A stretch of 64,000 nucleotides of DNA, taken from the IMG/VR virus record IMGVR_UViG_3300033153_006492, positions 1 through 64,000 of that record. One strand, given 5' to 3'. The DNA comes from a virus. The notes under the pieces are model-generated. The model worked only from the letters and a program-made list of their open reading frames with translations. It was not told where the DNA came from and made no database searches. Shown in pieces: positions 1-7,039 of the stretch. How positions within the stretch are numbered: the first letter of the stretch is position 1; the number at the start of each line of letters is the position of its first letter. Both the position numbers and the translations under genes were made by a program.

Positions 1-4
1 AAAT

Positions 5-76
5 GCTCCCGAAGCTTTAATGGTGAAGCAACGGACTTTTAATCCGTAGAATCTGGATCGTTACCAGACGGGAGTA
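5..76 (+). tRNA. tRNA-Lys(TTT)
   Basis: Cloverleaf; acceptor GCTCCCG/CGGGAGT, anticodon arm ACGGA-CTTTTAA-TCCGT; atypical T loop ATCGTTA. Confidence 0.85.
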
Positions 77-82
77 CAAAAT

Positions 83-155
83 GCTTCCCTATCCCAATGG
101 CAGAGGAGTCCGGCTTAGACCCGGTTCAGTCTCGGTTCAAATCCGAGGGGAAGTA
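83..155 (+). tRNA. tRNA-Leu(TAG), short variable loop
   Basis: Acceptor GCTTCCC/GGGAAGT, loop CTTAGAC, T loop TTCAAAT. Confidence 0.85.
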
Positions 156-166
156 CAAAAATTTAT

Positions 167-240
167 AGGTGATTAGTGTAGTTGGCCTACCACGTCGGTC
201 TCCAAAATCGAAAACACGGGTTCGAATCCTGTATCACCTG
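167..240 (+). tRNA. tRNA-Trp(CCA)
   Basis: Acceptor AGGTGAT/ATCACCT, loop CTCCAAA, G73. Confidence 0.9.
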
Positions 241-242
241 CT

Positions 243-306
243 AACGAGCCGAATGAATAGGATTATCCCTGAATAGATAAAACTCCTATTTGATTATTTG
301 TTCGTT
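243..306 (+). ncRNA. Y RNA-like gene 1 (Ro60-binding, minimal)
   Basis: AACGAGC[C]GAA / TTTGTTCGTT bulged-C helix; GCCGAATG motif; upper stem GAATAGGA/TCCTATTT followed by TTATC; U tail. Confidence 0.75.
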
Positions 307-315
307 TTTATAAAT

Positions 316-389
316 ACTCTCGTAGCTCAACTGGATAGAGTTCCTGATTACGAATCAGGCGGTTGAAGGTTCGAATCCTTTCGAGAGTA
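316..389 (+). tRNA. tRNA-Arg(ACG)
   Basis: Acceptor ACTCTCG/CGAGAGT, loop TTACGAA. Confidence 0.92.
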
Positions 390-390
390 C

Positions 391-478
391 AAATGAGCCG
401 AATGGTAATGGTTATCCCCTTACATAGAGATGGCTTACGGGTTGTGCCGGAGTTCCCATTATCAAAATTTGTTCATTT
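391..478 (+). ncRNA. Y RNA-like gene 2
   Basis: AAATGAGC[C]GAA / TTTGTTCATTT; upper stem GGTAATGG/CCATTATC; TTATC motif. Confidence 0.78.
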
Positions 479-483
479 ATTTT

Positions 484-556
484 GCGTCATTGGTGTTAGT
501 GGCTAGCATTTCAGACTTCCAATCTGACGGGGTCGGTTCGAATCCGACATGATGCT
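484..556 (+). tRNA. tRNA-Gly(TCC)
   Basis: Acceptor GCGTCAT/ATGATGC, loop CTTCCAA, U73. Confidence 0.92.
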
Positions 557-561
557 CAAAT

Positions 562-649
562 ACGAGCCGCTGAGTAAGATTATCGGTTAAAATTGGTTCG
601 AGTCCAATAGTCTCTACGGAGATTATGTTCTTACTCACTATTTGTTCGT
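562..649 (+). ncRNA. Y RNA-like gene 3 with T-arm module (YrlA-like)
   Basis: ACGAGC[C]G / TTTGTTCGT; upper stem TGAGTAAGA/TCTTACTCA; TTATC; internal T-arm ATTGG-TTCGAGT-CCAAT, then hairpin AGTCTC-TACG-GAGATT. Confidence 0.78.
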
Positions 650-677
650 TTTATTTAATTAAAATAAAGGAGAGGTT

Positions 678-842
678 ATGGAAACAAATCTTGTAGATTT
701 AGAACTTGAACTCAATATGGAAACAATGGCTTCATTAATACAAGCGTCAATTGATTCTGGAAAAGATGTTAATACATTAATTGTTGAAGCATTAGAATAC
801 TTTGTAGAGAACGAAAAAATTGAAAAAGATTCATCGAAGTAA
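678..842 (+). CDS. small hypothetical protein (54 aa), possibly ribbon-helix-helix
   Basis: AAGGAG RBS; METNLVDLELELNMETMASLIQ...; below ORF-track cutoff. Confidence 0.6.
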   Translation: METNLVDLELELNMETMASLIQASIDSGKDVNTLIVEALEYFVENEKIEKDSSK

Positions 843-846
843 ATAT

Positions 847-918
847 CCGCGTATAATTCAATGGTAGAAGCCCTGTCTTATATGCAGGTCGCTGAAGGTT
901 CGAATCCTTCTACGCGGA
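847..918 (+). tRNA. tRNA-Ile(TAT)
   Basis: Acceptor CCGCGTA/TACGCGG, arm CCTGT-CTTATAT-GCAGG, T loop TTCGAAT. Confidence 0.82.
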
Positions 919-920
919 CT

Positions 921-1114
921 TCTTCTGTCGTTTAATTTGTAAGACACGATGTTTTTAGATCGCCTTTGCTGTTTAATCAGCCGAATCTAAAGAAGAAATA
1001 AGTTAGGCTGTCGTGAAAACTTGAAAGTAATTCGGCCGGTTAAATGTTAATGAAATCAAGTGAATATCGCTGGCAAACCTTATGCGGAAGTTGGTTCAAA
1101 TCCAACTGGAAGGA
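921..1114 (+). ncRNA. tRNA-like RNA with ~140-nt insertion replacing the anticodon arm
   Basis: D-arm GTTT-AATTTGT-AAGAC, T-arm GTTGG-TTCAAAT-CCAAC, wobble-rich acceptor TCTTCTG/TGGAAGG; insert has CGATGTT/AATATCG helix. Confidence 0.6.
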
Positions 1115-1165
1115 CAAATTTCATCGACACGTTATTTTGATATGTAGATAACAGCGACACGTTAC

Positions 1166-1238
1166 GGGGCTATGGTAGTAATGGGAACTACGAGAGACTT
1201 GCAATCTTTAGTTCAGGGTTCGAATCCCTGTAGCTCCA
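1166..1238 (+). tRNA. tRNA-Ala(TGC)
   Basis: GGGGCTA/TAGCTCC with G3:U70, loop CTTGCAA. Confidence 0.92.
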
Positions 1239-1252
1239 CAATAAAATTAATT

Positions 1253-1329
1253 GGGGCACGGGACTGCAGTGGGGTGGTCACCTGACTTGCAATCAGGAAA
1301 GCAGCCGGGATCGTTCTTCGGGTGCTCCA
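1253..1329 (+). tRNA. tRNA-Ala(TGC), divergent copy
   Basis: GGGGCAC/GTGCTCC with G3:U70, loop CTTGCAA, atypical T loop. Confidence 0.8.
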
Positions 1330-1345
1330 CAATTAAGGAGGGTAC

Positions 1346-1558
1346 ATGGAATATAAATGGCGAGGCATGACATATCCAAAAATATTCACTAATAAATTAG
1401 TTCATTTTTTATGGAAACGATATTTGTGTCCACAAGAAAAACATCTGTTTGATGAAGTTGAAAGTGGAATAGGTGGTGGTGATATTGAACATTATCTTCA
1501 TTGTGATGCATGTGGTTTAATGGTTTACATTGATAAGGTGGAGGAAGACGACGAATGA
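1346..1558 (+). CDS. hypothetical protein (CxxC)
   Basis: AAGGAGG RBS; ORF track. Confidence 0.7.
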   Translation: MEYKWRGMTYPKIFTNKLVHFLWKRYLCPQEKHLFDEVESGIGGGDIEHYLHCDACGLMVYIDKVEEDDE

Positions 1559-1788
1559 GTATAAAAGTAAAAATTAGTATTACTGATATTAGTGTTACTG
1601 ATAATGAAGGTGATATAATAATTGAAGACTTAGAAATAGTAAATACTGGTCATGTGAAAAATGGAGAATTATTATATAGAATAAAGGGTGATAAATACAA
1701 TCACTTAGAAATATATCATAATAGAAAAGAATCTTGGAGTATTTTAATAGAAAAAGTATTAAACAAAATAAATGGCGATATAGCTTAA
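1555..1788 (+). CDS. hypothetical protein
   Basis: ATGA overlap with previous ORF; 3' end overlaps tRNA. Confidence 0.65.
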   Translation: MSIKVKISITDISVTDNEGDIIIEDLEIVNTGHVKNGELLYRIKGDKYNHLEIYHNRKESWSILIEKVLNKINGDIA

Positions 1789-1845
1789 CGGCAGAGTGAA
1801 CGGTTCATATCCGTTTAGGTATTGGTTCGAATCCAATTATCGCTA
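1774..1845 (+). tRNA. tRNA-CAT (Ile2 or elongator Met)
   Basis: GGCGATA/TATCGCT, loop TTCATAT. Confidence 0.85.
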
Positions 1846-1862
1846 CAAGAAAGGAAACCAGT

Positions 1863-2054
1863 ATGTTTTATTATGAGTTAGAATACTCAAATGGTGATAT
1901 TGAAAAAGTAAGTTATGAAACTGAAGAGGAAGCCAATTGGGCTTTTCATAATGCTGGTGATCATTTACTTGTAATTACACCAATTGATAAAGATGGAAAC
2001 GAAATTGATAAATATGGGAGTGTAGCTCAGAATAACGGTAGAGCTCAGGGGTGA
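1863..2054 (+). CDS. hypothetical acidic protein
   Basis: AAAGGA RBS; last ~13 codons run into tRNA-Phe. Confidence 0.6.
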   Translation: MFYYELEYSNGDIEKVSYETEEEANWAFHNAGDHLLVITPIDKDGNEIDKYGSVAQNNGRAQG

Positions 2055-2093
2055 AGTCCCTGGTAGTCGTCGGTTCGATCCCGACTACTCCCA
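2016..2093 (+). tRNA. tRNA-Phe(GAA)
   Basis: GGGAGTG/TACTCCC, arm CAGGG-GTGAAGT-CCCTG. Confidence 0.88.
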
Positions 2094-2104
2094 CAAAACA
2101 AACA

Positions 2105-2278
2105 AGCGATGTAGTGATACGGAAAGTATTCTCATTAATCTGTTGCAACGGATTATGAAAAGGATAATGTTTTGAGATAGCGTTGGGTCGACACGACAAA
2201 ATCATGTTTAATTATTCTGAATGCGATCACGCTCCCGTGCAAGGGAGAAATAGCAGGTTCGACTCCTGGCCGTCGCAA
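2105..2278 (+). ncRNA. tRNA-like RNA with ~107-nt insertion in the D loop
   Basis: Acceptor GCGATG/CGTCGC; D stem GTGAT(2114)/ATCAC(2226); arm CTCCC-GTGCAA-GGGAG (6-nt loop); T loop TTCGACT. Confidence 0.7.
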
Positions 2279-2284
2279 CTAAAT

Positions 2285-2395
2285 GGTGATATAGCTGTAA
2301 AGTCAGAGCTTTAAGCGGATGACGAAATAAGGATAACATCTTATTTTAGGAATAACAGCATGTTTATGTAGGTTCGAGTCCTTCTATCACCGCCA
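2285..2395 (+). ncRNA. tRNA-like RNA with expanded anticodon arm, encoded CCA
   Basis: Perfect acceptor GGTGATA/TATCACC-G-CCA, D arm, T loop TTCGAGT; ~60-nt middle region with AAATAAG/CTTATTT hairpin. Confidence 0.7.
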
Positions 2396-2397
2396 AT

Positions 2398-2470
2398 GGG
2401 ATTGTCGTCTAATAGAGAAGACGCCACCGATTGCAGGTGGAAACGAAGGATCATATCCCTTCCAATCTCA
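2398..2470 (+). tRNA. atypical tRNA (loop GATTGCA, nominal anticodon TTG)
   Basis: Cloverleaf GGGATTG/CAATCTC, CCACC-GATTGCA-GGTGG; lacks U33, non-canonical T loop. Confidence 0.6.
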
Positions 2471-2476
2471 CAAAAT

Positions 2477-2553
2477 GGAGCTGTGGTGTAACTGGTTAGC
2501 ACATCGCCCTGTCACGGCGAAGGCATTTGCGGGTTCGATCCCCGTCAGCTCCG
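2477..2553 (+). tRNA. tRNA-Asp(GTC)
   Basis: GGAGCTG/CAGCTCC-G, loop CTGTCAC. Confidence 0.92.
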
Positions 2554-2577
2554 CAAAATTTTTCTGGAGGAAACGTC

Positions 2578-2805
2578 ATGTCTGCGACAAAATTAATTGA
2601 AGTGAAAGTTTTAATGGAACAAGAAATGCTTGATAAATTAAATGGATTGGCGTCAATGATAGGAAAGAATCGTGATAAGGCTGTAACAGAAGCTATTAGT
2701 ATAGCACATGATTTAGTAGAAACGACGAAAAAGGAAAAGGGTAAAATTTTATTAGAATATCCTAACCATCGGATTGTAGAATTAACTTTAACTTTTTTGG
2801 AATAA
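2578..2805 (+). CDS. hypothetical protein, possibly ribbon-helix-helix DNA-binding
   Basis: GGAGG RBS before ATG 2578; beta-helix-helix pattern. Confidence 0.6.
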   Translation: MSATKLIEVKVLMEQEMLDKLNGLASMIGKNRDKAVTEAISIAHDLVETTKKEKGKILLEYPNHRIVELTLTFLE

Positions 2806-2808
2806 AAC

Positions 2809-2837
2809 TTGACAAGTAACATATTATTTCGTATCTT
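2809..2837 (+). promoter_or_regulatory. sigma70-type promoter
   Basis: TTGACA-17-TATCTT. Confidence 0.7.
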
Positions 2838-2875
2838 TCTGTGTTGGTGAAATTAAATAATAGAAGGAAAATGTT

Positions 2876-3031
2876 ATGGCTAATTATCGTAGTAAAAGTG
2901 GTTTTAATGGTAATCGTAGAAATAAAGGTACTAAAAAACTACAGTGGGTTATGAAGAATAAAAAGGACAAAGAACAACAAACGTATTATATAAAAAGACA
3001 AACAATTTCTGGTAATCGTGAGGAAATTTAA
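2876..3031 (+). CDS. small basic hypothetical protein (51 aa)
   Basis: AAGGA RBS; MANYRSKSGFNGNRRNKG... Confidence 0.5.
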   Translation: MANYRSKSGFNGNRRNKGTKKLQWVMKNKKDKEQQTYYIKRQTISGNREEI

Positions 3032-3331
3032 ATGATAAACTTAACAGAAAAAGAAAATAAGGTTTTGAAATATTTAGTTGCTGAAGGTCTTGAATGTATG
3101 GGCGGAAAGCAACCTACAGATTTAATTGAAGAAAATATGAGTTGGTTTGGAATTAAGGATATTATGTCTTTAGGTTTCAATCGACATCAAGCAGCTGGAC
3201 TAATGAGTAGCTTAAATGAAAAAGAAATGGTAATGGATACTGAAGGTGGAGTACCTGATTTAGATGGTAGAGTAACTTGGATTGTAACAGAAGATGGTAT
3301 TAATATCATTCAAAATTTGAAGGAAATGTAA
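3032..3331 (+). CDS. hypothetical protein, winged-helix-like
   Basis: LTEKENKVLKYL...GLMSSLNEKEMV...WIVTEDG pattern. Confidence 0.65.
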   Translation: MINLTEKENKVLKYLVAEGLECMGGKQPTDLIEENMSWFGIKDIMSLGFNRHQAAGLMSSLNEKEMVMDTEGGVPDLDGRVTWIVTEDGINIIQNLKEM

Positions 3332-3489
3332 ATGAGGTTATCTCAATATTTAGACGCAATGATAGTAAAAGAATTTCCTTCTTCGGCTGATTGGAAGACA
3401 AGGTATTCACATATTTCGAATACAGAAGAACTTAAATCCAATCGTCGTAAGTTAAAAATGTATAAAGATACGACTAAGAAAAAATAATT

Positions 3490-3574
3490 GGTACGGTGGG
3501 AGAGTGGTTAAATCCAGGGGTCTGTAAAACCTCCGCCTTTTCAGGCTACGTTGGTTCAAATCCAACCTGTACCA
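3490..3574 (+). tRNA. tRNA-Tyr(GTA)
   Basis: GGTACGG/CTGTACC, loop CTGTAAA, long variable arm. Confidence 0.92.
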
Positions 3575-3587
3575 CAAAGGTTCAAAT

Positions 3588-3659
3588 AAGGAAGTAGTAT
3601 AAGTAGTACGGTAGAAGCCGAGTCGATGACAGGTATAGGTTCAAATCCTATCTTCCTTA
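3588..3659 (+). ncRNA. tRNA-like RNA without a proper anticodon stem
   Basis: Perfect acceptor AAGGAAG/CTTCCTT and T-arm ATAGG-TTCAAAT-CCTAT; short D arm; unpaired anticodon region. Confidence 0.6.
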
Positions 3660-3670
3660 CTATAACAAAA

Positions 3671-3683
3671 TGTTCTTTGACAA
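3671..3683 (+). promoter_or_regulatory. boxA antitermination element
   Basis: TGTTCTTTGACAA inside tRNA cluster; second copy before tmRNA. Confidence 0.6.
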
Positions 3684-3696
3684 TATAAATTTTTAT

Positions 3697-3782
3697 GGGG
3701 TGATGACTGAATTGGCTAAGGTACGCGGCTGTAACCCGTTAGTCTCGCTGGACGAGTCAAGGTTCGAATCCTTGTCGCCCCA
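3697..3782 (+). tRNA. tRNA-Tyr(GTA), second copy
   Basis: GGGGTGA/TCGCCCC, loop CTGTAAC, long variable arm. Confidence 0.82.
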
Positions 3783-3862
3783 CTTTTTGTTTTCACTTGG
3801 GTTTGTTTAGAAAAATCAAACCTCTGCACATCGGTACTTATTAGAAATAATAAGGCCGATAT

Positions 3863-3934
3863 GGGGCTGTAGCTTAATGGTAGAGCGTCTCCCTGTCGAG
3901 GAGGAAGGTGTCGGTTCAAGTCCGATGGGTCTCG
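3863..3934 (+). tRNA. tRNA-Asp(GTC), second copy
   Basis: Loop CTGTCGA; weak acceptor stem; G73. Confidence 0.75.
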
Positions 3935-3961
3935 CAATATGTTGTAACTAAACAATTTTAT

Positions 3962-4040
3962 GGGTCTGTAGCAAATTACTGGCTTTGCAACTGGCTTTTA
4001 ACCAGTATAAATGTAGGTTCAATTCCTATCAGGCCCACCA
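3962..4040 (+). tRNA. tRNA-Lys(TTT), second copy
   Basis: GGGTCTG/CAGGCCC-A-CCA, loop CTTTTAA. Confidence 0.9.
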
Positions 4041-4059
4041 TAAAAAAAAAGAAGTATAT

Positions 4060-4130
4060 TGGCCTGTGGTGTAATGGAAGCACACCGCCCTTTGAAGGCG
4101 TTAGACATGGTTCGAGTCCATGCAGGCTAG
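4060..4130 (+). tRNA. tRNA-Gln(TTG)
   Basis: TGGCCTG/CAGGCTA-G, loop CTTTGAA. Confidence 0.9.
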
Positions 4131-4142
4131 CAAATGAAAAAT

Positions 4143-4217
4143 TAGCCGATGGTGAAGTGGTTTAACACGCCGGGCTCTGAACCCGGTATTTCGTTGGTTC
4201 GAATCCAACTCGGCTGG
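4143..4217 (+). tRNA. tRNA-Gln(CTG)
   Basis: TAGCCGA/TCGGCTG-G, loop CTCTGAA. Confidence 0.9.
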
Positions 4218-4219
4218 CT

Positions 4220-4359
4220 TTATGGTGGTGTAATATCATATGTAAGTAATTTGATGAATTCTTGAGGGAACGCTTGATGAAAAATGATGAAAACATATGA
4301 CAACAACACATTGCCCGTGAAGGGGTAACGCTACAAGTGTAAATCTTGTCCATAATCCA
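4220..4359 (+). ncRNA. tRNA-like RNA with ~74-nt D-loop insertion, encoded CCA
   Basis: TTATGG/CCATAA-T-CCA; D stem GTGT/ACAC enclosing TCATATG/CATATGA helix; arm TTGCC-CGTGAAGG-GGTAA; T-like arm ACAAG-TGTAAAT-CTTGT. Confidence 0.65.
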
Positions 4360-4362
4360 TAT

Positions 4363-4461
4363 AAGCGATATGTGCAGGTAGTTACCGTATGAATAACGTT
4401 TAACATATGGATAAATTTACTATACAAATAAACTGGCATCCCTTGATCAGGGTCGTCGCTT
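4363..4461 (+). ncRNA. unknown structured RNA
   Basis: Closing helix AAGCGAT/GTCGCTT, inner CCGTATG/CATATGG and CCCT/AGGG hairpins, U tail. Confidence 0.45.
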
Positions 4462-4486
4462 TTTACTTAAAATGAAAGGTTATGTT

Positions 4487-4654
4487 ATGATGGGTCACAA
4501 AGGTCACATAAAGACTATTGATGAAGATGATGCCTTAACTCGTGTATGTCGTTTGGATTTGTATAAACCAGGACAACGTAAGGCTTATAAACAGGCTTAT
4601 AATCGTCGTATTCGTCGACAAATGAAACAAAAAGATTATGACTCAATGTCGTAA
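4487..4654 (+). CDS. small basic hypothetical protein
   Basis: AAAGG RBS; C-terminal RKAYKQAYNRRIRR. Confidence 0.65.
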   Translation: MMGHKGHIKTIDEDDALTRVCRLDLYKPGQRKAYKQAYNRRIRRQMKQKDYDSMS

Positions 4655-4660
4655 TTAAAT

Positions 4661-4733
4661 TCCAGCATAGCTCAGTTGGTAGAGCAGGTGACTGTTAATC
4701 ACTTTGTCGTAGGTTCAAGTCCTACTGCTGGAG
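4661..4733 (+). tRNA. tRNA-Asn(GTT)
   Basis: TCCAGCA/TGCTGGA-G, loop CTGTTAA. Confidence 0.95.
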
Positions 4734-4745
4734 CAAACAACAAAT

Positions 4746-4936
4746 ACCGATATAGCTCAGTTGGTAGAGCGCCACCGCGAAAGGTGGATTCACGAAGTAT
4801 TATGATGTTCCTGCAGGGATTGATTGATGATTAGTGATAGAGGATTTAATCCTGAACACATAATAATTGTACAATAAAAATGTTAGTATGGAGATAAAAA
4901 TCTGAAGAGTCGTAGGTTCAAGTCCTGCTGTCGGTA
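4746..4936 (+). ncRNA. tRNA-like RNA with ~120-nt variable-arm insertion
   Basis: ACCGATA/TGTCGGT; canonical D arm GCTCAGTTGGTAGAGC; CCACC-GCGAAA-GGTGG (6-nt loop); canonical T arm. Confidence 0.72.
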
Positions 4937-5044
4937 CTATACAATGAAAGCATAATTATATATGACCCGATGCCTTATCCGGGTGGAAGATTAATCATTC
5001 TGAGTAAGATGCATACGAAAGGAAATGGTAGATAAGGTAGATAT

Positions 5045-5118
5045 TCATGGGTAGTATTAATGGTTAAAACGTCGGTCTGTTAAACCGAGAGATCTCAGTT
5101 CGAATCTGAGCCCATGAG
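5045..5118 (+). tRNA. tRNA-Asn(GTT), second copy
   Basis: TCATGGG/CCCATGA-G, loop CTGTTAA. Confidence 0.85.
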
Positions 5119-5130
5119 CAAAAAATAAAT

Positions 5131-5202
5131 GGTCGCGTAACTCAATGGTAGATTATCCGTCTGATACGCGGAAGGTTGTTGGTTCGACTCCAACCGCGAC
5201 TA
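5131..5202 (+). tRNA. tRNA-Ile(GAT)
   Basis: GGTCGCG/CGCGACT, loop CTGATAC. Confidence 0.9.
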
Positions 5203-5225
5203 CAAAAAGAAATATGTCAATATAT

Positions 5226-5300
5226 GGCGAGAAAAACGAATGGTGAGTGAGCGGTGTTACATACCGCGTGTCCTCGGTTCGAATCCGAGTCTCGCTACCA
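5226..5300 (+). tRNA. tRNA-Val(TAC)
   Basis: GGCGAGA/TCTCGCT-A-CCA, loop GTTACAT. Confidence 0.85.
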
Positions 5301-5319
5301 ATTTTTAAGGAGCATCTAT

Positions 5320-5523
5320 ATGGGTGAATTATATAATCGCATATTTGTAGATAAAGATAATGGAATAAGTTCTATGTCACAAAGAGATAGAGATGTAACA
5401 AAAGCCTTTTCTTTAGTTTCACATGGAATTTTACGATTAAAGGGTTACATAATAACTAAAGATGAATTCCAAGATTTTGAATTTTGGTTTAATACATTAA
5501 AAAACCAAGTTAGTAAGGAGTAA
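5320..5523 (+). CDS. hypothetical protein
   Basis: AAGGAG RBS before ATG 5320. Confidence 0.65.
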   Translation: MGELYNRIFVDKDNGISSMSQRDRDVTKAFSLVSHGILRLKGYIITKDEFQDFEFWFNTLKNQVSKE

Positions 5524-5582
5524 CTATTTATGGGTATGGTAGAATATTTCCCTTAGTGTTAGTTTAACTAAGGAGAATCAAA

Positions 5583-5807
5583 ATGAAAGAAACATTAAAA
5601 ACTACCACTAATAATAGTGTATTCAAAAAACTTCGTACTCGACAAGGCAAATATATTTGTCTTATTTGTTTTAAGAGAAGTAATCGTGGTGATATATATG
5701 CAGGTTGTGCATATATGTTTAGACCTGACAGAACACGGAAAAGTTGGAAACATTATCGCAAAAATCAATATAAAACTGTGGAGAATACATATGGCGAAGA
5801 AACTTAA
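5583..5807 (+). CDS. small basic Cys-containing protein
   Basis: AAGGAG RBS; CxxC...C, RKSWKHYRKNQYK. Confidence 0.7.
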   Translation: MKETLKTTTNNSVFKKLRTRQGKYICLICFKRSNRGDIYAGCAYMFRPDRTRKSWKHYRKNQYKTVENTYGEET

Positions 5808-5937
5808 TGGATTTGTATGTGATGTATGTAGAAAATTTTTTAGAAGTGATGAACCAATTACTGGACAAGGAAGAAAACGCAATCTTCATTTTTGTACATT
5901 AAAATGTAAGGCGAAGTGGGTAAAGAAAACTGTTTGA
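5791..5937 (+). CDS. small zinc-finger protein (TRASH/MYM-like)
   Basis: GGAG RBS; CDVC...HFCTLKC. Confidence 0.65.
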   Translation: MAKKLNGFVCDVCRKFFRSDEPITGQGRKRNLHFCTLKCKAKWVKKTV

Positions 5938-5980
5938 AATATAAGGAACATATTTCAGTAATTAGCGTTATATATAATAT

Positions 5981-6053
5981 GGTGCGGTAACTCAATTGGT
6001 AGAGTGTCGGTGTGAAGTACCGATGGTAGTCAGTTCGATTCTGACCCGTACCA
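5981..6053 (+). tRNA. tRNA-Phe(GAA), second copy
   Basis: GGTGCGG/CCGTACC, loop GTGAAGT. Confidence 0.88.
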
Positions 6054-6054
6054 C

Positions 6055-6177
6055 AAAAATCGTTGACCGGATAGTAGAGCGAATCGTATGTCGGCTATCT
6101 ACCGTCCATAGTTCAAGAGAAAAGCGTATCTTTTCAATTCCTTCAAGAGTAAGACTACGTGAGAAGGAACGATTTTT
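6055..6177 (+). ncRNA. unknown structured RNA
   Basis: 10-bp closing helix AAAAATCGTT/AACGATTTTT with three internal hairpins; directly after tRNA-Phe. Confidence 0.45.
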
Positions 6178-6199
6178 ATTTTTAATATAAGGAGTTATA

Positions 6200-6463
6200 A
6201 TGAATCCTGATAGATCATATTTTGGAAAAATGTTTAAGCCTGAAGTATTTAATCTTACACCTGATAATTGTGATAACGATGAAGAATTTGTTGAACTTGT
6301 TACAGAGGAAACTTGGAATTTAGATGAGTGGACTCCTGAAGGTATAATGATGTTAAAACATTTTGTTTTTAAAACAGTAACAAAAGATGTACCGGAAAAA
6401 CATGATATAGATATTGATTATTTACTGATTTTAATTAAAGAACATTGGGATAAAATTAAATGA
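6200..6463 (+). CDS. hypothetical protein
   Basis: AAGGAG RBS; ORF track. Confidence 0.7.
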   Translation: MNPDRSYFGKMFKPEVFNLTPDNCDNDEEFVELVTEETWNLDEWTPEGIMMLKHFVFKTVTKDVPEKHDIDIDYLLILIKEHWDKIK

Positions 6464-6473
6464 TGGAGGTTAC

Positions 6474-6701
6474 ATGACTGGATTAACTGATTTTTTAAAA
6501 GATTTGAAAGGAAGTAAAATAGTTGGGCTTTTATTTGGTAGTGGTATTTTAGTATTTTTGTTTTTTGCGTTAGCTATCATATTATCATTATTTAAAGGTG
6601 GATTTTTTATTACACTCGCAGTTTTTATGATTATATCTGGTTGTGTATCACTTATATTCTTTTTTATTGCAATTGGAATGATATACGACGAAATGAATTG
6701 A
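6474..6701 (+). CDS. hypothetical membrane protein
   Basis: GGAGG RBS; two hydrophobic segments. Confidence 0.7.
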   Translation: MTGLTDFLKDLKGSKIVGLLFGSGILVFLFFALAIILSLFKGGFFITLAVFMIISGCVSLIFFFIAIGMIYDEMN

Positions 6702-6702
6702 T

Positions 6703-7032
6703 ATGAACACAATTACAGTAAATGGTCGTCGTTATTCTGGAGATACAATAGTGGTTGGTTCCGGTGAAATTCGTATTGATGGAAACACCATTAAAACTCC
6801 AGACGAAAAAGAAATTAACATTCATGTTGATGGTAATATGAAAAAATTAGATATTATGTCGTGTAACAATCTCACTATAAAGGGTGATGTTGATAATGTG
6901 GAATCTCAAAGTGGTGATATAAATGTTATAGGAAATGTAACTGGTGATGTTGAAACTATGTCTGGTGATGTTCATGTCTCCGGAGGTATAGGTGGTGGTG
7001 TTGAAACTATGACTGGTAACATTACACGTTAA
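6703..7032 (+). CDS. beta-solenoid repeat protein (xTxSGDV repeats)
   Basis: ESQSGDI/ETMSGDV/ETMTGNI repeats. Confidence 0.65.
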   Translation: MNTITVNGRRYSGDTIVVGSGEIRIDGNTIKTPDEKEINIHVDGNMKKLDIMSCNNLTIKGDVDNVESQSGDINVIGNVTGDVETMSGDVHVSGGIGGGVETMTGNITR

Positions 7033-7039
7033 AAAAATT

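Noticed and set aside
243-649. Repeated GAGCCG...TTTGTTC units as a CRISPR array
   Set aside because: The units are not identical direct repeats, are separated by tRNAs, pair end-to-end, and no cas genes are present. They fit Y RNAs better.
1125-1164. CGACACGTTA direct repeat
   Set aside because: Only two 10-nt copies in a spacer; no supporting context.
3908-4165. 85-aa ORF, and similar ORFs or N-terminal extensions at 2527, 5254, 5996 and 47104
   Set aside because: They run through tRNA genes; true starts were reassigned downstream where an RBS exists.
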